This document shows positions 1 to 12,564 of a stretch of 64,000 nt of DNA, piece after piece. Made by a program: the position numbers and the translations under genes. The DNA lies in NCBI GenBank assembly GCA_963575745.1, contig CAUYUJ010000001.1, positions 2,728,001 through 2,792,000 on the forward strand. Reading direction: 5' to 3'. Positions within the stretch are counted from its first letter, which is position 1, and each line of letters opens with the position of its first letter. The notes below the pieces were generated by a model. It worked only from the letters and a program-made list of their open reading frames with translations, was not told the DNA's origin and did no database searches. The stretch is from Prorocentrum cordatum. Lineage: Eukaryota.

Positions 1-54
1 TCAGGTGTGTTATAATAATCAGAATGTTCAGGTGTGTTATAATAATCAGAATGT
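1..54. repeat. 27-bp tandem duplication (TCAGGTGTGTTATAATAATCAGAATGT x2), probably continuing upstream of the window
   Basis: Two exact copies at 1-27 and 28-54. Confidence 0.9.
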
Positions 55-566
55 TTCCGGTGTTTCAAAATGGTAACCCCGCTGCAGCGGGGGCCTCATG
101 TTCGGATCGGAGCTTGGCTCCCGTCGTTCAGAATGGCGCCCTCGGCCCAGCGCTGACCAATTTTCCGGATCCGAGTCCTTTTTCACCGTTATTGCCTCCC
201 GAATGTATCCACCTCCGCCTTCCTCTGGTTTTACATGCTCCTCCCACTCCTTCCACTGCTGCGAATCGTCCTCGTCCTCCTCCTTGCTCATCCAAATATT
301 TTTCCTCCTGCTCGCCCTCCTGCTCACCAGCCTCATCCTCCTCCTGCTGATTCTCCTCCTCCTCCTCCTCCTCGTCCTCCTCCTCCTCCTGCTCCTCCTC
401 TGTGCGCAGCTCCCCCGTGTCCGATTGCGCAAACTATGATGGGCTCTGTTTTGGAGTTCCAAGTAGGAAATGACACGCATCCGCGGATAGCGAGCACACC
501 AGCGCAATAGGAAGGGATGAGATGGAGGGATCGAATGTAAAATATGGCGTGGAAGCGCCTTGCTTG

Positions 567-1305
567 ACAATTACTCAATATTAATACTACTCTCCCTCTT
601 CCCCTGATGACGGCTTGGGAGTAGCCGACCCCCCCCCCGCGTACTGTTTTTTTACAGACAAGTTTCCCCGGAGTTGGGTTGTCGCCTGCATTTTTCCAAA
701 ATGCTGATCTCGCTGAGGCGCCGGCCTCATTTTCGGGCCTCGCTCGTTCAGAATCGTGCTCCCGCTGCAGCGCTGGCATCATTTCCGCCGGCGCCTGCAC
801 GCCCGAGCCGGCGCCCGGGCCGGCGCTCGGGCCGGGTCTGGAGCCGGTTCCGGCCGGCGCCAGAAAATCGAGTTCCGAGGCGGCGCCGAAAAAAGGACAT
901 TCCAATACACATTTTTCTTTTGAAAATGCTGAATTTCTGCTTCCGGCGCCCGGGAAGCCTCCCGGACCGATTCCGGCGTGCTTCCACTCGTTCCGAATCG
1001 TGCTCCCGCTGCAGCGCGGGCCTCATTTCCGCGCTTCCGCTCGTTTCGACTCGTGCTCCCGCTACAGCGCTGGCGTCATTTCCCGTGCCATGCCACGGCA
1101 TGCAATGCAATACTAGGTTGATACTACGCTTCGCGGTGCTCTTCTACGCCATGCCATGCCGTGCTCTACAATGCATCGCGTACCCTTTCGGGATCATTGC
1201 CCTGCTCGACATCCGACTGTGCGAGTAGTGAGGGGATCTGCGCCATGGTAAGGGATGGGAGGGAGGGGTAGGATGCCAGATATGACGCGAGCGCACCTAG
1301 CTTGT
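567..1305 (+). repeat. Dispersed repeat, copy 1 (ACAATTACT...CACCTAGCTTGT), with internal ~47-bp subrepeats; probable non-autonomous element
   Basis: Near-identical to 30201-30748 apart from ~190 extra bp here. Contains repeated GAATCGTGCTCCCGCTGCAGCG units. Both copies run directly into (CCT)n. Confidence 0.8.
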
Positions 1306-2952
1306 CCTCCCCCCCTCTTCCCGCCCCTCCCGCCACCGCCTCCGCCTCCTCCTCCTTTTCTTCCTCCTCCTCCTCCTCCTCCGAATGCCCCTCCTCCTAT
1401 TGCCCATCCTCCTATTGCCCATCCTCCTCCTCCTCCTCCTCCTCCTCCTCCTCCTCTCCTCTCCTCTCCTCTCCTCTCCTTTCCAGCTCTCTTCCCTTCC
1501 TCCTCCCCTCTTCTTCTCCTCTCCTCCTCTTCTCCTCTCCTCCTCTTCTCCTCTCCTCTTCCTCTCCTCTCCTCTCCTCTCCTCTCCTCTCCTCTCCTCT
1601 CCTCTCTCAACTCCCGTCTGCTCCTCTCCTCTGTCCACTCCTCTGTTCTCTCCTCCCCTTCGTCCTCTCCTCTCCTCTCCTCTCCTCTCCTCTCCTCTCC
1701 TCTCCTCTCAACTCCCCTCTGCTCCTCTCCGCTCCTCTCCTCTCTCCTCTCTTCTCCACTGCTCCTGCCTCCTCCTGCTGCTCCTCCTCCAACTCCTCCC
1801 TCCTCCTCCGTCCTCCTCCCTCCTCCTTCCGACCTCCTCCCTCCTCCCGTCTCCCTCCTCCGGCCTTCGTCCTCCCTCATCAGTCCTCCCTCCTCCGTTC
1901 CGTCCTCAATCCTCCGCCTTCCTTCGCGCGTCGTCGGTCTGCCGTCCTGCATCCTCCGTCCTCCCTCCTCCGTCCTCCGCCCTCCGTCCTCTGTCCTCCC
2001 ACCTCCCTCCTCTGTCCTCCCTCCTTCCTACCCCCTCCTTCCTCCTCTCCCCCCCCTCCTCCCTCATTCCTCTCCCCTCCTCCCTCCTCCCTCCTCCCTC
2101 CTCCCTCCTCTGTCAAGGGTCGTCCGTCGTCCGTCGTCCGTGGTCGGTCGTCCGTCCTCTGTTCTCCGTCTTCCGTCCTCCCTCCTCCGTCATCCCTCCT
2201 CCGTCCTCCCTCCTCCCTCCCCCTATCCTTGCATCCACCTCCCTCCCTCCTCCCTTCTCTTTCTCCCTCCTCCATCCTCCGTCCTTCCTCATCCCTCCTC
2301 CCTTCTCCCTCCTCCCTCCTCCGTCCTTCCTCCTCCCTCCTCCTTTCCGTCCTCCGTCCTCTGTCGTCTGTCGTCCGTCGTCCGTCGTCGGTCGTCCGTC
2401 CTCCGTCCTCCGTCCCCCGTCCTCCCTCCTCCGTCCTCCGTCCTCTGTCTTCCGTTCCTCCGTCCTCCCCTCCCTCCTCCCTCCTTCCTCCCCCCCTCCC
2501 CCCTCCTCCCTCCTCCCTCGTCCCTCCTCCCTCCTCTTGCGTCCCTCCTCCCTTCCGTCCTCCGTCCTCTGTCGTCCGTCGTACGCCGTCAGTCGTCCGA
2601 CCTCCGTCCTCCGTCCCCCGTCCCCCGTCCTCCCTCCTCCGTCCTCCGTCTTCCTTCCTTCCTCTTTCCTCCCACCTCCTCCCCCCTCCCTCTCCCCTCC
2701 CCCCTCCCGCTCAACCCCTTTCTCTCCTTCTTTCCCTCCGCCGTCCTCTGTCGTCCGTCGTCCGTCGTCGGTCGTCGGTCGTCGGTCGTCAGTCCTCCGT
2801 CCACCCTCCTCCGTCCTCCGTCCTCCCTCCTCCGTGCTCCGTCCTCCCTCCTCCCTCCCCCTCCTTGCTCCTCCCCCTCCTCCCTCCCTCCCTCCCCCCC
2901 ACTTTCCATCCTCCCCCCTCCCTTCCTCCTTCCCCCTTACTCCTCCCTCTTC
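1306..2952. repeat. C/T-rich low-complexity tract (CCT, CTCTC, CGTCCTC units)
   Basis: Directly visible. It generates the spurious poly-P/S/L and poly-E/G/R ORFs. The same tract type resumes at 4676-4990. Confidence 0.95.
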
Positions 2953-4675
2953 TAAGACGAAGCCGGGATCGGGGCAAAGTTTGACCGGGATAAAAATCAT
3001 GCTCGGTTTTTCAAATCACCGGGGGCGCCGCCGAACGGGCCTGCCACGCCTTGGGCGCCATCGGCTTCGCGAGGGAAGGAATGCGCCCCGGCGCAGATAG
3101 GGCCACGGCGCGTATTTGGCCACGCGCGCGCCCGAGGGAATTCAGCGCCAAGCGCCTTTCACTCCAGAAGACCCGACGTCAGCAAAACAAACTTGAGGCC
3201 CCAAGGGGGCCCCAAAGAGGCGGACCGCCAAAACAATCACGCAACCAACGCAACGAAAAACACGTGTAAATGTCAAAAAGCGCAGTCCTCAGTGACCTCT
3301 TCGGCCACGCAACACCGCGAGAATGCCCGAGAAGGCATTGGAAAAAGAGCCCGCGCGCGGCCTGGCGACTTCCCCGCGCCGCCCCCAGGTTCCCGAAGCG
3401 CGCCGAAATAACCGTAAAGAAAACACCGGAAAGTCTTTGGAAGGCCCCCGCACCATGCAATCAATATCCGCCACCGAATAATCTCGCGGACACCTAGCGC
3501 ACGCGCGGGCGTCCACCATGGATGCCCAACTCCGGTTTCGGAGACAATCGCGCGCAACCGCCCGGGGGCTTCGGCAACCTCGCGATTGGCCCAGGGGCCC
3601 GCGGGCCCCAGGGAATCGAGGACCGAGTTCGCGACTCCGGAAGCATCGGGCGCGGCGCCAGCCAGTCGCTCGTCTCTGGCTGACAGTGGGACGCCTGGAG
3701 ATCCGGTAAAACCTGAGGAACCGCTTTTCAGAGATTCACAGAACCAGAAAACGGGGCGCGCCAAATTCTCGCGTCCGAACTTCTCTGAGAATCTCTGAAA
3801 ATCTCTGAACTAGACACCCCGCGTGAAACATTCTCTCTGAGAGTTTTTTCGGCCCGCGAAATTTGGCGCGCCCGGATTTCCCGTTCCGAGATTCTGTGAA
3901 ATCGGCCTGCGGCGGCGCCCAGCAGGTCCTCACGCGCCGAGGGTGGGGGCCGTGGACATCGCAGGCCGCGATGGTCCCGACCACGAGGTCCTTCCTCCTG
4001 CCCCTCGACGAGTCCACGCTCATGGACACGCTCTCTGCGCTGAGCGTGGACCGCGCCATCCGCCGGTACTTCTGCGCGACGACAGCCAACTGGCCGCCGA
4101 CAGACGAGGCGATTCTTTTCCGAGCTGCGCGTGCCACCGAAAACGTGCAATAGCCCCGGGCTCGGGGAGAAACACTTTCGAAGCATTTTCAAGCCGCCAG
4201 CGTCGTGGCCGCCGACCCGCCGCGCGCCGACCGCGAGACTAGCTGGACCCACTACGTCCACGGCGGCGGGCGGGCGCCCAAGAGAGCTGTCGCGACGGTG
4301 CGCGCGGCGGGGCGCCCGCCCCACTGCAACCGCACATGCGGCCTCCATGGCGCCACAGGCGTACTATGTGCGACGCACTCTCGGGGCCCCCATCAACGCA
4401 TCGGCCAGCGCCCAAGCCCCTGAAACGCAAACCTACTGCGCCCCCCGTGTAAGCCGCGCGCCCGCTCCCAATGCTCGTGCACACCAGCTTTTCTGCCCGC
4501 CCTCAACAGTTTAATGGAGCGCCCATGCGTTACTTGGGCTCCTCAAGCCCCCGAAAAATCCTTGGGGGACTTCTGCGAATGCGCGCGCTGCGCTCCACAA
4601 TTCGGCGTTCTATTTTTCTTTGGAACTCTCCCAGAATCTCTGGTTCCGATTTGTCCCGATCTTCCGCTCAGCTGA
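2953..4675. mobile_element. Candidate non-autonomous TIR element inserted in the C/T tract, with a possible transposase-like fragment (~3920-4137, minus strand)
   Basis: TCTTC flanks both sides (2948-2952, 4676-4680). The ends share the core GATCGGG(G/A)CAAA in inverted orientation at the same distance from each end. Internal TCTCTGA(G/A)A repeats at 3780-3850. Confidence 0.45.
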
Positions 4676-7299
4676 TCTTCCCTCCTCCTTTCCGTCCTCC
4701 GTTGCCGGTCATCGGTCGTCCGTCCTCCGTCCTCCCTCCTCCGTCCTCCGTCCTCCGTCCTCCCTCCTCCGTCCTCCGTCTTCCGTCCTCCGTCCTCCCT
4801 CCTCCCTCATCCGTCCTCCCTCCTCCCTCCTTCCTCCTCCCTCCTCCCTCCTCCCTCCTCCGTCCTCCCTCCCCCCTCCTCCGTCCCCCGTCCTCCCTCA
4901 CCCCCCCTTTCCGTCCTCCGTCCTCTGTCGTCCGTCGTTCGTCGTCGGTCGCCCGTCCTCCGTCCTCCGTCCTCCTTCCTTCCCTCCCCCGCGTTCGTGC
5001 CCTTCAGGCTCGTGTGCTCCTGTTGCTGCCGCTGCTGCGGGCAACACCGAAGAGCAAAGACGCTCAAAGAGCGGGCCACGCCACGGCAGCGGCACGACCT
5101 ATCGGGCGGCGAGGGGGAGGGGCTTCCAGAAGGAGCGGGGCGGAGGCCTTCGGTAGCGCGAACAAGGGACCGGCATCCTATGAAGGCAGGGGGGCTCCTT
5201 AGAAGGCACGGGCCCTCTTGGAAGCGCGCCTGGAGGCTTCTGGCGGGGCTTTTCGAAAGCCGCCAGGCATTTCCAGAACGGCCCGTGCCTTCACGGAGCC
5301 CCCCCTGCCTTCGTAGAAGGCCAGCGGCACCCACTTGTGCACGCCGCCGACGGCCTGCTGACGGACAGACCCCCCAAAAAGCGCACATGCACGACTATCC
5401 TCAACAACCCCCCCCCCAATACAGGAAGGGACAACTTCACAAACACACGCCTTCTGAGCGCGGACCCCTTCCACTGCCTGGCGCGTGGACCGCGCCATGG
5501 GCGGCGCCGGCAGCGCCGCCAGGGCGGTCCAGCGCCGATCCCAAAAATCTGCGCAGAACTCATACACCCACTGCTCGCGCAGCTGACCCAACGTCGGCCC
5601 AACATATGAAAGCAACCGCATCAGCAAAGCCAGCAGAGGTTTCGGACCGCGCAGTGCATATGACCAGGTGAAAAGTCCGGATGTTGACACAAATGTGGAA
5701 TGCGTTATTCTCTGACCCAGACCATCCCTGGGGGAACCCCGGGCCCGCCAGGGACGCCGGGTTCAGCTTCGACGGATGCCAGCAAGTGCCTTCTCAGAAG
5801 GCGGCAGGGCTTGTCAGCAGCCATTTAGCCTTCAGAGGACCCCCTGCATCCTCGGAGGAAGCTTAGGCAGTTTCTCGCATGGCGGCAGGGGGCCTGTGCC
5901 TTCTGAAGAAGCCTGCCCCCTCTGCCTCCCCCTGGGAGCGTCGCCGTCTCTGCTCTGGGGCCCCCAATTTTGTCCCCGGTCGTAATGGTCCATGGAGGCC
6001 ACCACGACTGGGGACAAAACCCGTGGGTGAATGATGAAATTCATTTCGTGCCTTGGCGCTGCGGCGCCAGGACAGCGGCTCGCCCGCAACGCATGTTGCA
6101 GACGATCGGCGCTGCACGTGGGCGGCGCGGCAGTGCCTCGGGCCGCCCTCGTGATCCAACAGCTGCGGGGCGGCGCCGCCGAGTACCCCTCCAATTTTAT
6201 GGCGCGCCGTTGCAAGGGGCTGGGTCCCAGAGAGACAGCGGTTCGAACTGAAAGGCGAGGGGGGGGGGGGGGGGCAAAACACGGCATAATGAGGGGGGGT
6301 AGGAGGAGAGGGGGGGAGGAGGGAGGAAGGAGGAGAGGAGAGAGGAGGAGAAGGAGGACGAGGAGGAAACGGAGGAAAAAGAGGAGGAGGAGGAGGAGGA
6401 GGACGAGGAGGAGGAGGAGGAGGAGAAAGGGGAGGGAGAAAAAGGAGGAGGAGGAGGAGGATATTTGTTTTACCGCAGGCGCACACAGCCGTTTGATCTT
6501 TGTCCGTAGTCCACGAGCGTGAGACTCAGCGCACCAGGCACAGCTGGCTTCCATGCAGACGCAAAGGAACAGGCGCATCAGCAGGAGCAGCAGCAGGGAG
6601 AGGAAGGAAGAGAAAGGAACTGGCTGACGAACGACAGCACTAACAAAAGTTTCACCCTCCGCGCGAGGACCGTGGCACCTCGTGCGCGGAGGCAGCGAGA
6701 GACCGCGATCGCGGGCGGGGGGTGGTGCGCTCGACGCAGGGGGGGGGGGGGGGGGGGGGCAGAGCCCATGCCCCGCACGAGATGACGTTCTCGTTCGCCA
6801 CACCGCCTGCGTCTGGGACGGGAGACCCTCGGGAGAGCCCGACTGGGCCAAGGACCCAAGCAAAAAAACTGTCCCCCGCCAGAGAGCGGGTGCGGCGTCG
6901 GGGCCGGGGGAGCGGCCGCGCTCTCTCGCGTTCGCCGCCGCTCGCTCCCTCACCTTCCCACGCCGGAATCAAAACGACCCGCCCGGCCCAACGCCGCCGC
7001 GCGGCAGGCAGCGGCAGAGGCGCCGCGGAGCAACAGCAGACGGACGCGCAGGATGGGGCGCACAGCAACTGCACCAGCGACGAACAGCAAGAGCAGCAGG
7101 GGAACAACATAAGGGACACAGGAGCGAAGGCAAAAGCGAGTTCCCCAAGGCAGCCCTGCCCCGCGGGCGAGGGAGGCAGCAGCAGGGACAGGGGCGGAAC
7201 AGGTCTTAATGAAAAAGGGGTCCTAGATCCATGAAGCCTTGAGATAACAATTCACCGGGTCAGTGCACCCAGGGAAAAAAAAACCCACACACGCCAGAC

Positions 7300-10200
7300 A
7301 CAGCGACGCTCAGAGGGGGAACTGCGCGAGGGCCACGCGACCCCAAGGGCCTGTGAACAAGGGCACTGATGCAATTAAGGGCCCGCGGAAGCGGCGAGGG
7401 GCAAGACGCAGGGGCACCGCGGGACAGCCAAAACGAATCGCTGGAATATGGGTCGCCGCCGAAAGCCAGAGGGGGCGACCTACGCTGTGATAGTGCCTGG
7501 GAATCGGTGGGCAAACGGAGCGGCCGCCGCTGCCCCCGCTATCCCAGGAGCCCGCGCAGGCCGTGGCATCTGGCGCATCGCCTCCATCGACAGGGCGCCC
7601 GAGATCCCGCGCAACTAGCCGAATGCGTGGAAAGTGCAAAACGTAACCAGGGACCCTCGCAGCGGGAAACAGATCACCTGGGACCCAATGGTCAGGAGCG
7701 GCCACGGTAAACAACGGCTACATTCTCATAGCGCCCGGCAAGAAGCCACCGCCGCGCACGCAATGCCTTAAAGGAGGCGGCGGCCATGCGCCATCACAAA
7801 CTCGTCGAGCACAGCGCCGGCATCGACGTCGCGACCCAGCCCCCGCGCATGTCCCAGGAGAGATGAGGTGGAGGATCACGACTCGTCATCGCGCAGGTGC
7901 GCGCTCCGCCGCCCAGGCAGGTTCTGAACGCCCGGGGCCCATGGGGCGGCTAAAGACTTGAACGCTGGTCAGCACTTGTAGCGGCGCGCGTCGCTAGGGC
8001 ACCCATGGCGGACACAGCGAGCTCTGTCCTCGTGACGAAACCTGGCCGAAGCGTGCACCCCCCCAGGAAGAATCCCGAGAACGCCAGTGGGGAGGCGGGC
8101 GCACGCGGCCATTTCAAGAGCCCTGAGCCGCGAACCTGCGGGCGGATCAACGGAGCCATCGGGGCCCGAAGCCCGCGGATATTCGCGCCCCCCCCCGCCC
8201 CCCGCGCCCGCTGAACGCGGGGGGGAGGGAGCGGATGCGGCGCCCAGACTCGCGCATCTAATCGTGAAGTTCTTCCACCAAAGGGAGCGGCGCCGAAAGA
8301 AACGGAACTCGTGATCATGCGTCCCAGTAGTGCGCTGCTCTAGGTCGTGCAACTCCAGATCGATCGCCTCGCATTTGATTAACACCCGATACTGAATCGC
8401 CTTTGACATCGCATGCAGGCCCACCAACTCGAGCGACATCACGCGCCCTCGAAGCTGAGCAGCATGCGACGGTTCAGCGCGCGCCTTGGGCCAGCCGTTC
8501 GGATCTGCACCGCCCCCCGATATTGCCTCGCAACCATCGGGGTGGCCCAGGCGAAATGCAGCCGATGCTGGAGTGCCGATGAACAATTTGAATGGCACTG
8601 CCGAGTCGTCGTCGGGGGGCGCTGGGAAAGGGACCGAAGCTGCCGCGCCCTCTGCCAGAACTGAATCAAGACTTCCCGCCGCGCCACTGCGTGAGCCGCA
8701 GGCTCAGACGGAGCCCGAGATATAATGCGGGGGCCCCGGATGTCGCAGAGTGGGCCCAGCTCCCCCTCTTCCTCGCGTGATCCGAGAATCGCTCGCACGG
8801 CTGCGCCCCGCGTACAAGCGCGCGGCATTTGCCAATGCGCAGCGAGTGACCGATAGCAGACGATAAGGGCCCAGCCAGAGCAGTGCAGGCACCGCATCGA
8901 CCAGGACACTCCGCAGAACGACGCAGCAATCATCAGCGCGCGCACGCCCCAGATCAAGCCGAGGTGCGCGTTGGTGCATGATCCATCTGGGAACTGAGTC
9001 TAACGCCAAAGAGCATGATGTCTTCGATAACGGACCCCCCTGCCTTGCCCAACGCATGACAGGGAATCGGATGTCCGCTGCCCCGGCGAAACTGGCCACT
9101 GCAATGCGTATTGAACAGGGGCTGTAGAATCCAACGACGGCCTGCGGCGCGCCCATGGCCCCGGGGGCCCGGGACATTCATGCCCAGGCATCCGAAGGGG
9201 CAAACACGCCGAACATCCGCGAATAATACGCCAGCTTCGTCGAAGCCCCGCACGCACCGCAAAAGCCCCACCTTTTCACTTCAACCACATTACGTATTAA
9301 GGATGGCGCCGCCCCTGCTGCCCCCGCGCCGCTGCTCCATGGCCGCATTCGGGGCCGCCTCGTTCAGCCCGATGCAAAACGCGCCCGAGAAACCCCGGGC
9401 GCCCGCGACGGAGAACGAAAAGGGGCGGGTACAATCAGGGGGCCTCGAGACATAAGAACCCAGATTGGCAAGGCCCCCCCCCCTGTCAGCGTGAAAACCA
9501 TTCCACTGACCCTGCAACCCCCAAGAAGAGAAACACCTTCGCTCTCATAAGTCGCCTCTTAAACAAACAAAACATCCGCAGCTTCAGGAACCGCCCGACG
9601 ACCCAGCGGTATGCCATCGGGGCCTGGGGCAGAGTGCTGCTTGAGTCGTGCGCGAGCTTCGAACTCGCCCTGGTCCTGGCGCTCAATTTATTCGCGCGGT
9701 AGCCGGCCAATCGATTGAACGTGGGAAAAGATCGCAGGCCAGCGCCGTTCATCGCCGCGGGGGGAGTGGGCGGGCGCTTCTTCCCAATGGGTGGCCAGCG
9801 CACAGGCCGCGTCTACAGCGTTCGGGCAGGGGGGTGGCGGGCGGGGGCCGTTCTCGACCAGCGCCTCCCCTCAGCCCGCTGCGACGTTTCGTCAGTGACC
9901 AACCTCTCCCCCATGCCATCGAGCGCTTCTTCTGCGCTCCCTTGACCCCCGTCGGTCTCTCAGTCCTGCATTACTCGTCAAACCATCGGTTCTTCAGAAG
10001 ATCAACCGTAGGGTCCAATCCGCCCGGGCCAGCGCAGATACCGCGGCCAACATCAAATAACGAGATGAGAGCATCGTAGCAGCGCAATGCACGCATGACA
10101 AGGTGCCACTGCTGCCCCCATCCACCCTCAGGGCGCCATGAAAGCGAAGCGGCGGCGCTCCGCATCATTCGATGCCTGTCGGCCCTCGGGGGGCTGCTGA

Positions 10201-12564
10201 AATTCAGTCGCAATCGCATCGGGGGAAAAGCTCTCGCTGTTCGAACGCGCTCCGCTAATTCCACTGGGAATGTGAAACCACTCAGTCATTCCGACGCCAT
10301 CCTCCAATGCGCTGCACGATGGCTCATCCACGTCGGGGCTGAGATGCCCCCCCCCCCCCCCCCCCCCAAAGCTTGGGGCAGGCGATGGTCGCGGCAACAG
10401 GGGCGCGGTCAGATGGCGCCCCATTGTAGGTCAGAGCCCCTGTCGCACGAGAAGCAACAATAAACTCGTTGACGACTCCAAAAGGGGGAGTGGTACAGGC
10501 CCTAGCTAGCCGAGAGAAACCTCGAAGCCCGCCGCCGACTATGCCCCTGCGAGCGGGGTCTGGCTGATATATTTCACACCGGGAGATGCAGTGACCATGG
10601 AAGGCGCCGCGCGGCAACCGATCCCCAGGGCAGAACTCCCCCCCGCCAGAACTCCCCCATCCTCCACCGGAACGATATTCCAATCACCTGTTACTGGCAC
10701 CATGCTGTGAGCTGCAGAAGGTGCCTTATCGAGGAGTTTCTTCGGATGCTGCTTAGATATGCTGATGTGATCACATGCGATGACATGTGAACATGCGCAA
10801 TCGCGACGCCCCCCAGCAGGCCCCACGCAACGCTGGATGAGGACCCCCTTGCACCACCTAGGTAATACCACTGGAAACAAAGCAGCGAAAGCATCCCAGA
10901 CAAAGGTGGCCGCCCCGCCGGCTGCCGAATCCCCATCAAAGGGCCTCGCAACATACCCGTGCGCATCTCGTCAACTGACATGGCCAAGTCGGCCCTGGAG
11001 CCATGGGTTTCCGAGGAACATGCAATCCGATGCCGTTCGAGCAACCGCTCTGCCCGCTGAAAACTTGAACTCACTTTTAGAACAGGGGGCGCGATGGGCG
11101 CGAAGAGAGCGCGAGTGCCCCGCGCGCAGAGCGCGACCGGGGCAGACGGAAGATGCACTCCACCAGCAGCCCCTGCCAGAGGGCAAGCGAATTGTTACGC
11201 TTTGCGATTTGCATCGCAAGGAACGCTGCCCCCAAGAGACGGGGGCCCAGTTGAGCTCGCAGACGCTGAAGCCGCAGATCTACTCTCGTCGAGCCCCGTT
11301 CTTCCAGACAGCTGTCGCGCCCGCTTAAGGGGGCGGATCTCCGAGACTCGGACCTGCAAGCATTGCGCGCGCGCTTCGCACTCGGTCTCGCCCAAGCAAA
11401 CTCTGCCCACCGCCGTGTTCATGACGCCAACTGTTGGGCCGTTATCAACCATGAAAACATTCGCCACTGGAACAGGGATCGCACCCTTCGTCCAATGAGT
11501 CCCCCCCCAATCCCCGTAGATAAAGCGCGCTCCTGACCGAAGATCTGTGCCAAAGCCTGCCTCATGTTCCCGAGATATTGAAACAACTTGCGAGACCTCT
11601 GTGGGAGGTCACAAAGGACGCGAAACCAAAGGCCCCTTTGCACCCCCAGGATCAGGAGAAGCAAACGGGCCTACAGACAGACACTACGCGAGGAACGTGG
11701 AGGCCATCAGGGTGTTCGGGAAACCGACGAACACCTTCTTACTGCAGTTGAAAGCCTCGTTCTGGACACCAGGGATGTCACTCGCAAAGGCACATTTGCT
11801 CACGATCAGATTGACCGCCTGGCGAAGAATAGCCTCGAGAAGTGGGCGTCGGAATCCCAGGGCCACAAAACGCGTCGGGTTGCCAACGTCGCCCAACTCG
11901 ACGCGGCGACGAAACTGACGAGCGAATTGGTCACCATCATCAGGGGTTACTATGCCGCCAATTGGGGCAGTCCCCAACGCTGCTAGCCCCTCCTTAACAA
12001 TACCAATGACCCCCTATCACCTGTCAGCAATCTCACAGCCCAGAATGCCATGAAGAAGAGCTTGCTTGTGGATATAAGGAATATGTGCGACATTAGCCAC
12101 GGTCGTCCTCGCAAAATCTGGAAATTCTTCTCCGCCTGCAGCATCTGGCCCTGGATCCCCGGAGTCTGGCCGTTGATTCCAATGAGTCCCCGATCAACTT
12201 GCTGCGACAGGGAAAAAGAGAAGTATAACCCACACTGCAAGAGAAAGACTGGATCAGGTCGTTCTGGGCGGCACTCGTGCTCGTGCCAGCCGCACGAATA
12301 CCTGGGGAAAGCGGGCTGACGAACCGGCCGCTGCCACCCCCGTTCACCCCAGGAGGACTGGGAGCAGGACCCGAGCAGGCCACGGCATGGCCCGGCGCAT
12401 CGCCTTCATGGCGAGAGGGGCAGGGGGAGGCGCAGGAGGGCGTCGCGGAGGAGCGGCAGCCGAGGGCCACGAGGCGCGACCGCGGCCCGCATTTGGTGCA
12501 CGGCCACCAGGCGCCACGAGAAATGCTGGGCAGTTCAGGAGAAGGCCCCTTGAGCCAAAATGGC
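7300..12564 (-). mobile_element. Decayed non-LTR retrotransposon (LINE) with APE endonuclease and reverse transcriptase, many frameshifts; 3' boundary approximate
   Basis: Minus-strand motifs in the correct order: GDWN (~10677-10688, APE), APGPDGI (9610-9630), QRRGGSRGGAILN (~9295-9335, QxGF-like), LFAD (~9215-9230), RQGGPLS (~9025-9046), RADD (8929-8940, YADD-like). Confidence 0.8.
12549..12564 (-). other. Dinoflagellate spliced-leader relic (GCCATTTTGGCTCAAG) at the 5' end of the LINE
   Basis: The plus strand reads CTTGAGCCAAAATGGC, the exact reverse complement of the 3' 16 nt of DinoSL (DCCGTAGCCATTTTGGCTCAAG). Confidence 0.85.

Noticed and set aside
1..54. 27-bp repeat as a CRISPR direct repeat
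   Set aside because: The copies are adjacent with no spacer.
1194..3100. Long ORFs of 250-570 aa on both strands
   Set aside because: They are translations of C/T low-complexity sequence that lacks stop codons.
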